DNA from: a virus
Taxonomy: Duplodnaviria > Caudoviricetes
Length of the DNA stretch: 37,535 nucleotides
Strand: one strand, 5' to 3'
Virus record (IMG/VR): IMGVR_UViG_3300037485_000570
Coordinates: 1 to 37,535 of that record
The position numbers and the translations under genes were made by a program. Position 1 is the first letter of the stretch; the number at the start of each line of letters is the position of its first letter. This document shows, one piece after another, positions 10,201 to 18,314 of this stretch. Below the pieces are notes generated by a model, which was not told the origin of the DNA, made no database searches, and saw only the letters and a list, made by a program, of their open reading frames with translations.

Positions 10201-13200
10201 CCTGCTGATATTCCTGGCGGGCCACATCCTGGCGATGTCAAAGCTGCAACGGCACCGGACGGCATTGTGTATATGGTGGCATCCAACATCAGCGAGGCGG
10301 ACGCTCGCGGGCTGGTTCTGCACGAGGTTGGTGTGCATGTCGGCATGGAGCAGATGCTTGGGAAGGACGTTTTTCAGTCTGTCTTGGGTCAGTTGGATGA
10401 CGCGATCATGCGCGGCGATGATTGGGCGCAGGCGGCTCGTGATGCCGTTCCTAAAGGGACAAATCCGGCGCACGTTCGGGAAGAGCAGCTGGCCTACCTG
10501 GTGCAGAATGCGCCCGACCTGATAGCTGCTGCCAAGGATGCCGGTGCTCGTGAGCGATTGGTTGCTTTGTATGACGCCATCCTTGCGGCGGTGCGTGCCT
10601 GGGCTTATCGCACGTTCGAGTTTGCCCGGGAGCGTATGACGCTGACCGAGGCCGATTTTCGCGCGATGGCTGTGGCTGCGCTGCATGATGCTGTTCGCCG
10701 TGGTGAGCGTGCTGGTGTTGGGGCTATGGCTCCGGCTCCGGCTGCTCGCTCGGTTGGTGGGTTGGCTGATGCTTACACAAGAGGTGGCGATCAATTATCA
10801 GAGGCTTTGTCTGATATAGAGGCTCTCGTCGCCAAGTATAAGGATGAATTTCCTTCCTACTATAAAGGCTCATTGCCTGATGCCAATCGTGGCGCGGCTC
10901 GTATTGTTGAGAAATACTGGAACGAACTATCCGGTCGGACTCAGGAGTTTATTGGGCCGCGCGTTGCGCGCGACTGGGAAACGGGAGAGCAGATTCAGGC
11001 TGTTGATAGTGTTCGCGGTACTCATATTTTTGATTTGTATCAGGAACTTGAGAACCGAGAGTTTGTCAGCAACGGTTCCGTTGGCGGCGCGCAGTTGTTT
11101 GCTCTGGATGGTGGGCAGACTGCGACCGCTTTTGATGCGCAGGCAGCATTTGAGAAATACGGCGGGAATGGTGATATTGATGAATCGACAGACATCACTG
11201 CAAAATCAAACGCATTTTCTGACATGGCAGAGGCTGATGGTTATAGCGTTGCTGGGCGTGGCGATAAATACCTGACTATAAAAAAATTCTTTGGGAAAAC
11301 TGAGGATGGGTACGATAAGGAAGTTATCTTAAATGTCAGAATTTCCGATCATTCAAATATAAACCGCGCGCAACATTTTGGCGAGCTTGATATAAATATT
11401 GCCCCTGACGACGGGCATCAACGGCATACGTTTAAAAACGCTCTGGATATAATTCGCTCCGCTTATGTTGACGAAGATTTGAAAACTGTTATACCTGGTT
11501 CTTCTAGCGTCAGTCTTTACCAGTACTCTCGCGGCTCAGTGCCAGATCCGTCTACATCTAAGGACGAGATGAAATCGGCGGACGAGGCCGTCAAGCGCGC
11601 AAAGTCTTATGCTTCCGTGCTGAGGGCTGCTGCTGACAAGCTGGAAAACGATGCGCAGGCTGCTGCGGCCATGCGTGCTGCGCTGCCGGACATTACGCCA
11701 CAAGAGATTGACGATCTTCTCGGTCAGCTTCGCAAACAAGTAACGGGGCTGCGGTCTATGGCTCGTGCTACTCGCTCGATGCTGGACGCGGAGGGCACTG
11801 CGGCTGGTATGCAGGACGAGGCCATGCGCGCTGCAGATATGCTGGCTAATAATTTGCAAATGGCGGCGGCAATCGAGAAGCGCAACGCGGCGCTGAACCT
11901 GAACGTTCGCCTGAAGGCTTCATCGTTTGTGAACCAGTTCCGCGACAAGGGTCTGGATTTTGAGGGCTTTGCTGCGCTGTTGGCTGGCAGTCAGCGCGTT
12001 CGCTCTGGTGCTCGGTTATCGGTCGATGCTGAGTACAAGGGTTTTCGTGGTGAGTGGATGGGCGGCATGATTGCCGACATCGAGAAGCTGGGGCTTTGGC
12101 GCGAGTTTGTTGACGGGGCTTTTGACCGGGACATCTACGACGCTTTGCACCGGATGGGGACAGAATCGCCGGACTTCACCGGACTTCCGAAGGAAGCGGT
12201 CGATCTGGCAAAAGTGGTCAACAAATACCAGACCGATGCACGCAATACGCGGAACAGGTTTGGCGCTTGGATTCGTGACCTTAAAGGGTACATCACTCGT
12301 CAGTCGCACGATATGTTCAAGATCAGAGACGCTGGTGAGCAGGATTGGGTCGCTTACGTCAAGGAGCGCATTGACGTTGCCAAAATGACCAGGCTCGGGC
12401 TGATCTCGGAAAATGATCCGATGAGTTCGCTTCGCACAATGTACGACGACTTCGCGGCTGGCGTACACATGAAGGCGGTGGCGGGTGAGGATGACACTGC
12501 TGCGTTTGGTGTTGGCTCCAATCTTGCCAAGCGGGAATCCGTCAGCCGGGTTCTGTACTTCAAGGATGGCATCGCTGCGTTTGAGTATAACGAGCGCTTT
12601 GGTCAGGGTCGTCTAGCTGACAGCGTGCTGTCCGGTCTGGAGGCTTCGGCGCGTTCCGCTGCCCTGTTGAAAACCCTGGGGACAAATCCAGAGGCGACAC
12701 TGACTCGGCTCTTAAATGAGTACGAGAACAGCCTGGTCGGTGATCCTGCTCGTCGGTCAAAGTTTCGCACGCAACGCGGCGCGATTATGAATATGCTGGC
12801 GCAGGTAGATGGTTCCACGCTTATTCCCGGAAACGTCACGGCGGCAAAGGTTGGCTCGTTTGTGCGCGCATGGACGGCGATGACTCGTCTGGGTGGCGCG
12901 CTGATTTCGTCGTCTACTGATCTGGCTGGTTATGGTGCAGAGCTTCGCTATCAGGGGAACAAGAATCTATTTTCCGGCGTGCTGGATGGTATCGGGCGCG
13001 CGACGCAGGGTCGCGCCAAAGGTGAGCAGCGCCAGGTGCTGGCTTCGCTGGGCGTGTTCCATGAATCGGTTATTGGCGCGGTTGCTGCCCGGTTCGATTC
13101 GCCAGAGCTGACCGGGCGAATGGCTTGGGGTATGCAGCAATTCTTCAAATGGAACGGCCTGAACTGGTGGACTGAATCCTTGCGCGATGGAGCGGCTTTG

Positions 13201-14196
13201 TCGCACTCTCACTACTTGGCGCAAAATGCCGGGAAGTCATTTGACAAGCTGAACGGCGAGCTTCAGCGCTTGTTGTCGCTTTACAACATTGACGCTGGGA
13301 AGTGGGACTTGCTGCGACTTGGCACCATGAAAATGGCAGACGGTCGCGCCTACATGACGCCTGACGCGCTGGCTACCGTTCCTCGGGCTGCTCTTGAGAA
13401 CTACATCCAACTGGCGGGTCGGACGGTCAACGATGCGACTGTTCAGAACCTGCTGGACGATTTGTCTCAGGCTTTGCGTGTCATGTCGGTTGATCGCGCC
13501 CACCATGCGGTTCTTGAGCCAAATGCGCGTTCTAGGACGTGGATGCTGCGCGGCACGAAGCCTGGCACGGTTCCCGGTGAGATTCTTAGGTATATCGGCC
13601 AGTTTAAGTCGTTTTCTGTCGCAATGATCCAGATGGTGCTCGGGCGCGAGATTTACGGGCGCGGCTACGACACCTTGGGTGAGTACCTGAAAAAAGGCAA
13701 AGGCGACATGCTGGGTCTGGCCACAATGATCGGTCTGTACACCGCGTTTGGTTATGCGGCGATGTCGATCAAAGACATGCTGAAAGGGCGCGAACCGAGG
13801 CCGGTTGATGATCCACGGACGTGGTATGCAGCAATGGCGCAGGGCGGCGGTCTTGGTTTGTACGGCGATTTTCTGTTTGGTGAATATTCACGCATGGGCA
13901 GGACGTTTACCGCGTCACTGGCTGGCCCGGTAATCGGGAATCTGGATACGCTTGCCGATCTAATGACTCGGGCGCGCAATGGTGACGATATGGCTGGTTC
14001 TGCATTCAAGGCGCTACTAGACAACACACCGTTTATGAACCTGTTTTATCTGCGCCCCGTTTTGGACTACCTCGTTCTGTACCAAATTCAGGAGGCGCTG
14101 AACCCTGGGTTCTTGCGGCGAATGGAGGGGCGTATTATGCGCGATAACGGGCAGGATTTCATTTTCCCGCCATCTCAATTCGCGGCCGGGGTGTAG
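7282..14196 (+). CDS. Giant polyvalent internal virion/ejection protein (2304 aa): ddrB-like ParB, ADP-ribosyltransferase-like, zincin-like and other domains
   Basis: GTPTIAADGRIIGGNGR (ParB-like); FWRWFGDSKVVDAEGRPVVVYHGT...QIKSATGNVGTFD (polyvalent-protein ART); LHEVGVH (zincin-like). C-terminal QFKSF...GGGLGLYGDFLF resembles podovirus large ejection proteins. Confidence 0.8.
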   Translation: MKFYYDDNRGTDQFSLQDFEPSFGAKMGAAVDEAWLESYGPTLTDWLRSRDDGSPKLSAQDAASRIKSSGLRVNLTPKDGEYSSRQLDVILERQRELTKAKDVRERTPWDLGSPLRGVAMFGAGIADPINLATAFFPWTRLVGGMRGIRAATESASAVTRFGARAAVGAADAGISTAVIEPFYYGMRQSLGDDYTAVDSMANIAFGAAFGGGIHSIGGVGVDMFRRAMGMQQPWQANVAPAVTGDAIIPPPASMLMGRDVSVRVGDQYEPGQWAVVDADTLTATVDKADNQFRDRGRAAYQAEITARANALDPALVLSVDTPLMDVGTPTIAADGRIIGGNGRTLFIQRAYEIGKAGDYRAELERRLADLGIDPEAVRGMSRPVLVRRLSMNVDVKRAAMLSNEGGSTAMSPLEQAKVDSERLGDAQLETDADGNLDTAGNRAAIRRWVNEQPEGQRNVLMTEDGRLSASGLQRLRNAVLFKAYGDSPTLARLIEATDVGSRNVAAALARTAGVVADAEGSISRGELHPLSIAADIRMAVEQFDNLRRQGMKVADYLAQIDMLGDPLTPEGRLLLDFMSRNIVSSRRIGDAISGYYAKLQEAGNPGQGDMFGGVSPDKMGMLRAATEAVDSEPLNAAETVAIISPDTREAALGTAVGQAIDGRSIDVVAIVNTDPAVGGTSTAADVVASAERNQQPEAIRTADFDAAAAVDRRLATAPKWDALSDAEAASAEAETLLNDTIKAGDQAFKYSRGDGQDGTPIGDAQIVNVDGVERPALNSNGRTIHPTVEGVRNFWRWFGDSKVVDAEGRPVVVYHGTDKKFTKINLKKGAQGLFWFTSDKSAIEAGEVGAAGKGVIMEMYAKIEGPANWKQYDQLMLDEFKSRGLDGAILPESGGTFVGFIIDKPTQIKSATGNVGTFDPTNPDIRYSREIPLYQQGITGQPAVDVIETSIRQSFGDATDALLQRGQIQIVATPADIPGGPHPGDVKAATAPDGIVYMVASNISEADARGLVLHEVGVHVGMEQMLGKDVFQSVLGQLDDAIMRGDDWAQAARDAVPKGTNPAHVREEQLAYLVQNAPDLIAAAKDAGARERLVALYDAILAAVRAWAYRTFEFARERMTLTEADFRAMAVAALHDAVRRGERAGVGAMAPAPAARSVGGLADAYTRGGDQLSEALSDIEALVAKYKDEFPSYYKGSLPDANRGAARIVEKYWNELSGRTQEFIGPRVARDWETGEQIQAVDSVRGTHIFDLYQELENREFVSNGSVGGAQLFALDGGQTATAFDAQAAFEKYGGNGDIDESTDITAKSNAFSDMAEADGYSVAGRGDKYLTIKKFFGKTEDGYDKEVILNVRISDHSNINRAQHFGELDINIAPDDGHQRHTFKNALDIIRSAYVDEDLKTVIPGSSSVSLYQYSRGSVPDPSTSKDEMKSADEAVKRAKSYASVLRAAADKLENDAQAAAAMRAALPDITPQEIDDLLGQLRKQVTGLRSMARATRSMLDAEGTAAGMQDEAMRAADMLANNLQMAAAIEKRNAALNLNVRLKASSFVNQFRDKGLDFEGFAALLAGSQRVRSGARLSVDAEYKGFRGEWMGGMIADIEKLGLWREFVDGAFDRDIYDALHRMGTESPDFTGLPKEAVDLAKVVNKYQTDARNTRNRFGAWIRDLKGYITRQSHDMFKIRDAGEQDWVAYVKERIDVAKMTRLGLISENDPMSSLRTMYDDFAAGVHMKAVAGEDDTAAFGVGSNLAKRESVSRVLYFKDGIAAFEYNERFGQGRLADSVLSGLEASARSAALLKTLGTNPEATLTRLLNEYENSLVGDPARRSKFRTQRGAIMNMLAQVDGSTLIPGNVTAAKVGSFVRAWTAMTRLGGALISSSTDLAGYGAELRYQGNKNLFSGVLDGIGRATQGRAKGEQRQVLASLGVFHESVIGAVAARFDSPELTGRMAWGMQQFFKWNGLNWWTESLRDGAALSHSHYLAQNAGKSFDKLNGELQRLLSLYNIDAGKWDLLRLGTMKMADGRAYMTPDALATVPRAALENYIQLAGRTVNDATVQNLLDDLSQALRVMSVDRAHHAVLEPNARSRTWMLRGTKPGTVPGEILRYIGQFKSFSVAMIQMVLGREIYGRGYDTLGEYLKKGKGDMLGLATMIGLYTAFGYAAMSIKDMLKGREPRPVDDPRTWYAAMAQGGGLGLYGDFLFGEYSRMGRTFTASLAGPVIGNLDTLADLMTRARNGDDMAGSAFKALLDNTPFMNLFYLRPVLDYLVLYQIQEALNPGFLRRMEGRIMRDNGQDFIFPPSQFAAGV

Positions 14197-14210
14197 CGTT
14201 TTTCATATCA
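14192..14210. promoter_or_regulatory. 19-bp operator-like site overlapping a putative tail-fibre promoter
   Basis: TGTAGCGTTTTTCATATCA. TAGCGT-17 bp-TAGAAT with extended -10 TG. Confidence 0.5.
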
Positions 14211-14243
14211 TGTTGCTAGAATCTCACTGTTCGAGGGGTTGCG

Positions 14244-15758
14244 ATGACCGTTAGTACATCCGTTTATAAAGCAGGGCCTTACGCTGGCTCCGGTACGACC
14301 GGGCCGTTTACGGTCACGTTTCGCTTTTTGGCAAATTCTCATTTGCGCGTAATAAAGACCAGCACGACTGGCTCTGAGACTACGCTAAATCTTGGTGTTG
14401 ATTATTCAGTGACCGGGGCTGGTGGCGCTTCCGGCACAGTCACTCTCACGTCGCCATTGCTTACCGGCGAGAAGCTGACAATCGTTCGGAATGTTCCATT
14501 GACGCAAGAAACCGACTATGTGTTCGATGATTCATTTCAGGCTGAATCTCACGAGCAAGCGCTCGACAAGCTGACTATGATTACCCAGCAGCTGGCTGAA
14601 GAAGTCGACCGGGCTGTTAAGGTGTCGCCGTCATCGACCGACGACCCGGATGCCTTGATTGCCTCTATCAAAACGTCCGAGCAGAATGCGGCGGCTTCTG
14701 CTGCGTCTGCTGCGGCATCGTATGACCAATTTGATGACAGGTATTTGGGCGCTAAGACAAGCAATCCTACCTTGGATAATGATGGCAATGCTTTACAGGT
14801 AGGAGCGGAATATTGGAACAGTGTGTCTAATGAGCGTCGCACATGGACTGGCAGCGCATGGGTTTCTTCTATTACAGTGGTTCCTGATAATAGTGTTACA
14901 ACTACTAAACTGGCTGATGCGTCGGTGACAACTGCGAAGCTGGCTGGTGCGTCGGTGACAACTGCGAAGCTGGCTGATGGTGCCGCAGTTGGGGCAAAAT
15001 TAGGCTCAAAGATTCAGTCAATTTCTGCCTCGGTTTCTGGTAATGCTTTAACTATTTCTGCGTCATTGCTTTCTTTGGACTTTAGAAGCACAACATTAGG
15101 CTCCGGAACAGTAACGACTGTTACCGGAACCCCTGCCAATTTGGTCATTTCGTCAGGTTCTACATTAGGTACTGTAAATGCGGTGCAATCTGATATTGCT
15201 GTATTGGCAATAAATAATGCAGGCACGATTGAACTTGCTGCGGTAAACCTTGCGGGGGGCACTCGGCTTGATGAAGCTAATTTGATTACTACAACTGCCG
15301 AGGGTGGGGCAGGAGCGGCTGATAGCTCAACCGTTATTTACTCAACTACTGCACGAACGAACGTAGCTTATAGAGTTGTTGGGATTATACGCTCGACACA
15401 AGCAACAGCAGGAACTTGGGCGACTGCGCCGAGTTTGATTCAAGGGGCTGGTGGACAAGCTATAACTGCAATGGGTAGTATTGGCTATGGTCAGACTTGG
15501 CAGGATGTTTCAGGAAGCAGGACTCTCGGAACGACTTATTACAACACTACAGGGAAGCCGATTCAGGTTGCCGTTTCTGCAAGCTGTTCAAGTGGAACGG
15601 GCGTAATGACAGCAACTGTAAACAGTCTAGGTATCCAGTCCAATTCTGCTGCGGCTGCATTTAATACGACTATGGTTTTCATAGTTCCGGCTGGTGCTAG
15701 TTACACAAGTGACATTACAGCCACTAAAGTTTTGTCGTCTTGGTATGAACTTCGTTAA
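14244..15758 (+). CDS. Tail fibre protein
   Basis: T7 gp17-like N-terminal anchor (GPFTVTFRFL...HEQALDKLTM), FDDRYLGAK linker, C-terminal GYGQTWQDV...YYNTTGKPIQV...WYELR receptor-binding-type end. Confidence 0.9.
   Translation: MTVSTSVYKAGPYAGSGTTGPFTVTFRFLANSHLRVIKTSTTGSETTLNLGVDYSVTGAGGASGTVTLTSPLLTGEKLTIVRNVPLTQETDYVFDDSFQAESHEQALDKLTMITQQLAEEVDRAVKVSPSSTDDPDALIASIKTSEQNAAASAASAAASYDQFDDRYLGAKTSNPTLDNDGNALQVGAEYWNSVSNERRTWTGSAWVSSITVVPDNSVTTTKLADASVTTAKLAGASVTTAKLADGAAVGAKLGSKIQSISASVSGNALTISASLLSLDFRSTTLGSGTVTTVTGTPANLVISSGSTLGTVNAVQSDIAVLAINNAGTIELAAVNLAGGTRLDEANLITTTAEGGAGAADSSTVIYSTTARTNVAYRVVGIIRSTQATAGTWATAPSLIQGAGGQAITAMGSIGYGQTWQDVSGSRTLGTTYYNTTGKPIQVAVSASCSSGTGVMTATVNSLGIQSNSAAAAFNTTMVFIVPAGASYTSDITATKVLSSWYELR
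14886..15005 (+). repeat. 30-bp coding tandem repeat in tail fibre (xxSVTTAKLA, about 4 units)
   Basis: DNSVTTTKLA DASVTTAKLA GASVTTAKLA DGAAVGAKLG; the middle two units are near-identical in DNA. Confidence 0.85.
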
Positions 15759-15768
15759 GGAAACCAAA

Positions 15769-16158
15769 ATGCCCTACTACAAAGCACCCGACAATTCACT
15801 GCACTTTCTCGAAGATAACGCTTATGCTTATTTGCTTCCGGCTGGCGCAATTCAGATTACAGAGGCTGAGGCTGATGCAATACGTGCGGCAGAATTAACT
15901 AACCCGCCACCCGTTCCTGTCATTACAAGCGTCACAATGCGACAGGCACGTCTGGCGCTATTGCAACAAGGCTTGCTCACTCAAGTCAATAATGCAGTCG
16001 CATCAATGCCGGGCGCTCAAGGCGATGCGGTACGTATTGAGTGGGAATTTTCTAGTACTGTTGAGCGAAACAGACCGCTTGTTCAGTCTTTATCCGCGAC
16101 ACTTGGGATGACATCTCAACAACTCGATGACTTATTTGCACTAGCAGCGACACTATGA
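15769..16158 (+). CDS. Tail fibre assembly/chaperone-like protein
   Basis: AAGGA RBS then ATG at 15769. VTMRQARLAL...IEWE...LDDLFALAATL motif is typical downstream of tail fibres. Confidence 0.7.
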   Translation: MPYYKAPDNSLHFLEDNAYAYLLPAGAIQITEAEADAIRAAELTNPPPVPVITSVTMRQARLALLQQGLLTQVNNAVASMPGAQGDAVRIEWEFSSTVERNRPLVQSLSATLGMTSQQLDDLFALAATL

Positions 16159-16673
16159 AGATCGCCTGCTACATCGGATCGCACAAAAATGACAGGCTTT
16201 CTGTTCGGCTTGGTTGGTCGCTTGTTAGGTTTGTGCAGCGCGGACATTTTTGCAACGTCACGCATGTCGAGGCTATACTTGCTGAGTATGATGACGGCAC
16301 GTTTGATATTGGCAGTTCGTCATTGCGTGACGGCGGCGTCCGTATAAAATATCGAGTGCATCTAAATCCTGAGAACTGGCTAATTATTGACGTGCCGGTT
16401 TTTAGCACTCTGCATGCGGTGCGCTGGTTCAATAAGCACAATGGTGAAAAGTACGACACGCTCGGCGCGTTTGCTTCGGCGTTTCCGTTTCGTTTAAATA
16501 GTAGAAATAAGTGGTTTTGCAACGAGGCGGTTGGAGCGGCGGCTGGTCTTAATAGTCCGGAAATTTTTGGGCCAGCGCAGTTTGCCAGCGTTTGTGCAAC
16601 ATTAGGTAATGTGGTTTTGCCAAAGAAAGAAGTAAAGTTTTCGAGGGGTGGTGTTATATGGTCGACCCAATAG
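16155..16673 (+). CDS. Permuted papain-like (NlpC/P60, YiiX-type) peptidase/amidase
   Basis: N-terminal THVE histidine, KYD, and C-terminal KWFCNE cysteine in permuted order. Confidence 0.65.
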   Translation: MKIACYIGSHKNDRLSVRLGWSLVRFVQRGHFCNVTHVEAILAEYDDGTFDIGSSSLRDGGVRIKYRVHLNPENWLIIDVPVFSTLHAVRWFNKHNGEKYDTLGAFASAFPFRLNSRNKWFCNEAVGAAAGLNSPEIFGPAQFASVCATLGNVVLPKKEVKFSRGGVIWSTQ

Positions 16674-16927
16674 ACCCGCGCGAGTTGCGGTGGAAGTATT
16701 CTTCACTCAATGAGGAACATCCTGGCGGGATCGACCCGGTAAAGTACGGCGTTCTTTGGCAGCGCGTCCAGGAAATGGACAAAAAGATCGATAAGATGGA
16801 ATCTAAGATCGAGGAATTGCTGGCGCTTGCAAATCGTGGGCGCGGCGGTTTGTGGATGGGTATGACGTTTATTTCAGTTTCTTCTGCGATTGTTGGCTAT
16901 ATCATCAGTATTTTTCTTAAGCGATAG
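16658..16927 (+). CDS. Small coiled-coil membrane protein (holin/antiholin-like)
   Basis: Coiled coil then RGRGGLW plus one C-terminal TM helix; immediately before the endolysin. Confidence 0.6.
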   Translation: MVDPIDPRELRWKYSSLNEEHPGGIDPVKYGVLWQRVQEMDKKIDKMESKIEELLALANRGRGGLWMGMTFISVSSAIVGYIISIFLKR

Positions 16928-16936
16928 GGGCTTGCT

Positions 16937-17413
16937 ATGAATTTTGATCAAGCGTTTGATGTTCTGCTTAAGCATGAGGGCGACTACAGCGATCATGCTG
17001 ACGATCCTGGCGGTCGGACGCGATTTGGTATCACCGAGGCCGTTGCGCGAAAGCACGGCTATACTGGTGATATGCGCCAGCTTCCCGTGAGTGCGGCAAA
17101 GGCAATCTATCGTGCAGACTATTGGGACGCTGTTCGTGCAGATGATCTGCCTGCTGAGATTCGCTACGTTGTATTTGATGGCGCGGTAAATTCTGGAGTT
17201 GGTCAGTCTGTTCGTTGGGTTCAGCGTGCCTTGGACGTTGCTGACGATGGACGTATCGGGCCAGTGACTTTGGCGGCTGCTCGTGCTGCTGATGGGAAGA
17301 GTTTGAAGGCTGCTATTTTGGCGCAGCGTCTGCGTTTCATGACGCGCCTGTCGAACTGGCCTTCGTTCTCGCGCGGCTGGGCTGTTCGTATTGCTGATTT
17401 GATGGAGGGTTAG
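16937..17413 (+). CDS. Endolysin, glycoside hydrolase family 108 with peptidoglycan-binding region
   Basis: FDQAFDVLLKHEGDY..DPGGRTRFGIT, YRADYW, FDGAVNSG, DGRIGPVTL, FSRGWAVR. Confidence 0.92.
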   Translation: MNFDQAFDVLLKHEGDYSDHADDPGGRTRFGITEAVARKHGYTGDMRQLPVSAAKAIYRADYWDAVRADDLPAEIRYVVFDGAVNSGVGQSVRWVQRALDVADDGRIGPVTLAAARAADGKSLKAAILAQRLRFMTRLSNWPSFSRGWAVRIADLMEG

Positions 17414-17944
17414 ATGGACCCGGTTTCTATTGCTATGACTCTCGCGCCCTACGCGCCCAAAATTATCAAATGGCTTTCTGGTAGCGATAAAGCCGAGCAA
17501 GCGGCAGAGCAGGTCGTCCAGGTGGCTCAAGCAATCACCGGGAAAGACGACGCTTTGCAAGCTGTTGAAGCGATCAAGGCAGATCCGGCTCTTGCGCTTC
17601 AGTTTCGTCAGTCCGTTATGGCGAACGAGCGAGAGTGGGATGCTATGTATTTGGTAGACCGGCAAAACGCGCGCGCACGCGATACAGAGTACGTCAAAGC
17701 TGGGCGGCAAAACTGGCGCGCCGATGTTCTAGCTGTTTTGGCCGTGGGTGGGCTTGTAGTTTGCGTTTGGTTTATCGCTCGTGACGCTGATCTTCCTGAA
17801 CGTGCGGTCAATGCCATTATGTTTGTGGCTGGCGTTCTGGCTGCGGCTGTTCGTGACGTTTACTCGTTTGAGTTCGGCTCAAGTCGTGGCAGTCGTGATA
17901 AAGACAACGTTCTTGCATCTATGCGAAACAAGGGAGGCGTATGA
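17414..17944 (+). CDS. Holin (GTA/3TM-holin-like)
   Basis: DRQNARAR motif, two C-terminal TM helices and FEFGSSRGS; adjacent to the endolysin. Confidence 0.7.
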   Translation: MDPVSIAMTLAPYAPKIIKWLSGSDKAEQAAEQVVQVAQAITGKDDALQAVEAIKADPALALQFRQSVMANEREWDAMYLVDRQNARARDTEYVKAGRQNWRADVLAVLAVGGLVVCVWFIARDADLPERAVNAIMFVAGVLAAAVRDVYSFEFGSSRGSRDKDNVLASMRNKGGV

Positions 17945-17995
17945 CGCAAAGAGTACCGGCTGCCGTAGGCAGTCCGGTGCAGCGACGGGTTAGCC
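17939..17995 (-). mobile_element. attC-like integron recombination site (57 bp; R' and L' boxes degenerate)
   Basis: Minus strand: GGCTAAC-CCGTC-GCTGCACCGG-ACTGCCTACGGCAG-CCGGTACTC-TTTGC-GTCATAC, i.e. R'', 5-nt spacer, L'', central hairpin, L', R'. Confidence 0.7.
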
Positions 17996-18028
17996 GGAAC
18001 CCTTGACGCCGGCAAAACGAAAGGAAAT

Positions 18029-18277
18029 ATGGAACCGAACCTGAACTTTGGCGAAGCACTGCAACTGCTCAAAGACGGCAAGAAGGTTGCGCGACGCGGC
18101 TGGAATGGCAAGGGCCTGTGGCTTGAACTGCAGGTGCCCGATGCTCACAGCAAGATGACCCTGCCCTACATCTTCATGAGCTACCCGGCCGACGCGCAAA
18201 ACACGCCGGGCGCCCGCGTGCCGTGGCTGGCCTCGCAGACGGACGTGCTGGGCGACGACTGGCACCGCGTGCCCTAA
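18029..18277 (+). CDS. tad2: DUF2829 / Tad2-like Thoeris anti-defence (signal-sponge) protein
   Basis: NFGEALQLLKDGKKVARRGWNGKG and PWLASQTDVLGDDW are DUF2829 hallmarks; GAAAGGA RBS. Confidence 0.8.
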   Translation: MEPNLNFGEALQLLKDGKKVARRGWNGKGLWLELQVPDAHSKMTLPYIFMSYPADAQNTPGARVPWLASQTDVLGDDWHRVP

Positions 18278-18287
18278 ACGACGCAAT

Positions 18288-18314
18288 GCCGGCACCGCGT
18301 GTATTGGTGCCGGC
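18288..18314. terminator. GC-rich hairpin at the convergence of late and early transcription units
   Basis: GCCGGCACC-9 nt-GGTGCCGGC perfect 9-bp stem; no U-tract, so terminator function is uncertain. Confidence 0.4.

Noticed and set aside
14244-18300. Diversity-generating retroelement, expected from the BPP-1-like structural genes
   Set aside because: No reverse transcriptase ORF, and I saw no second adenine-variant copy of the tail fibre 3' end.
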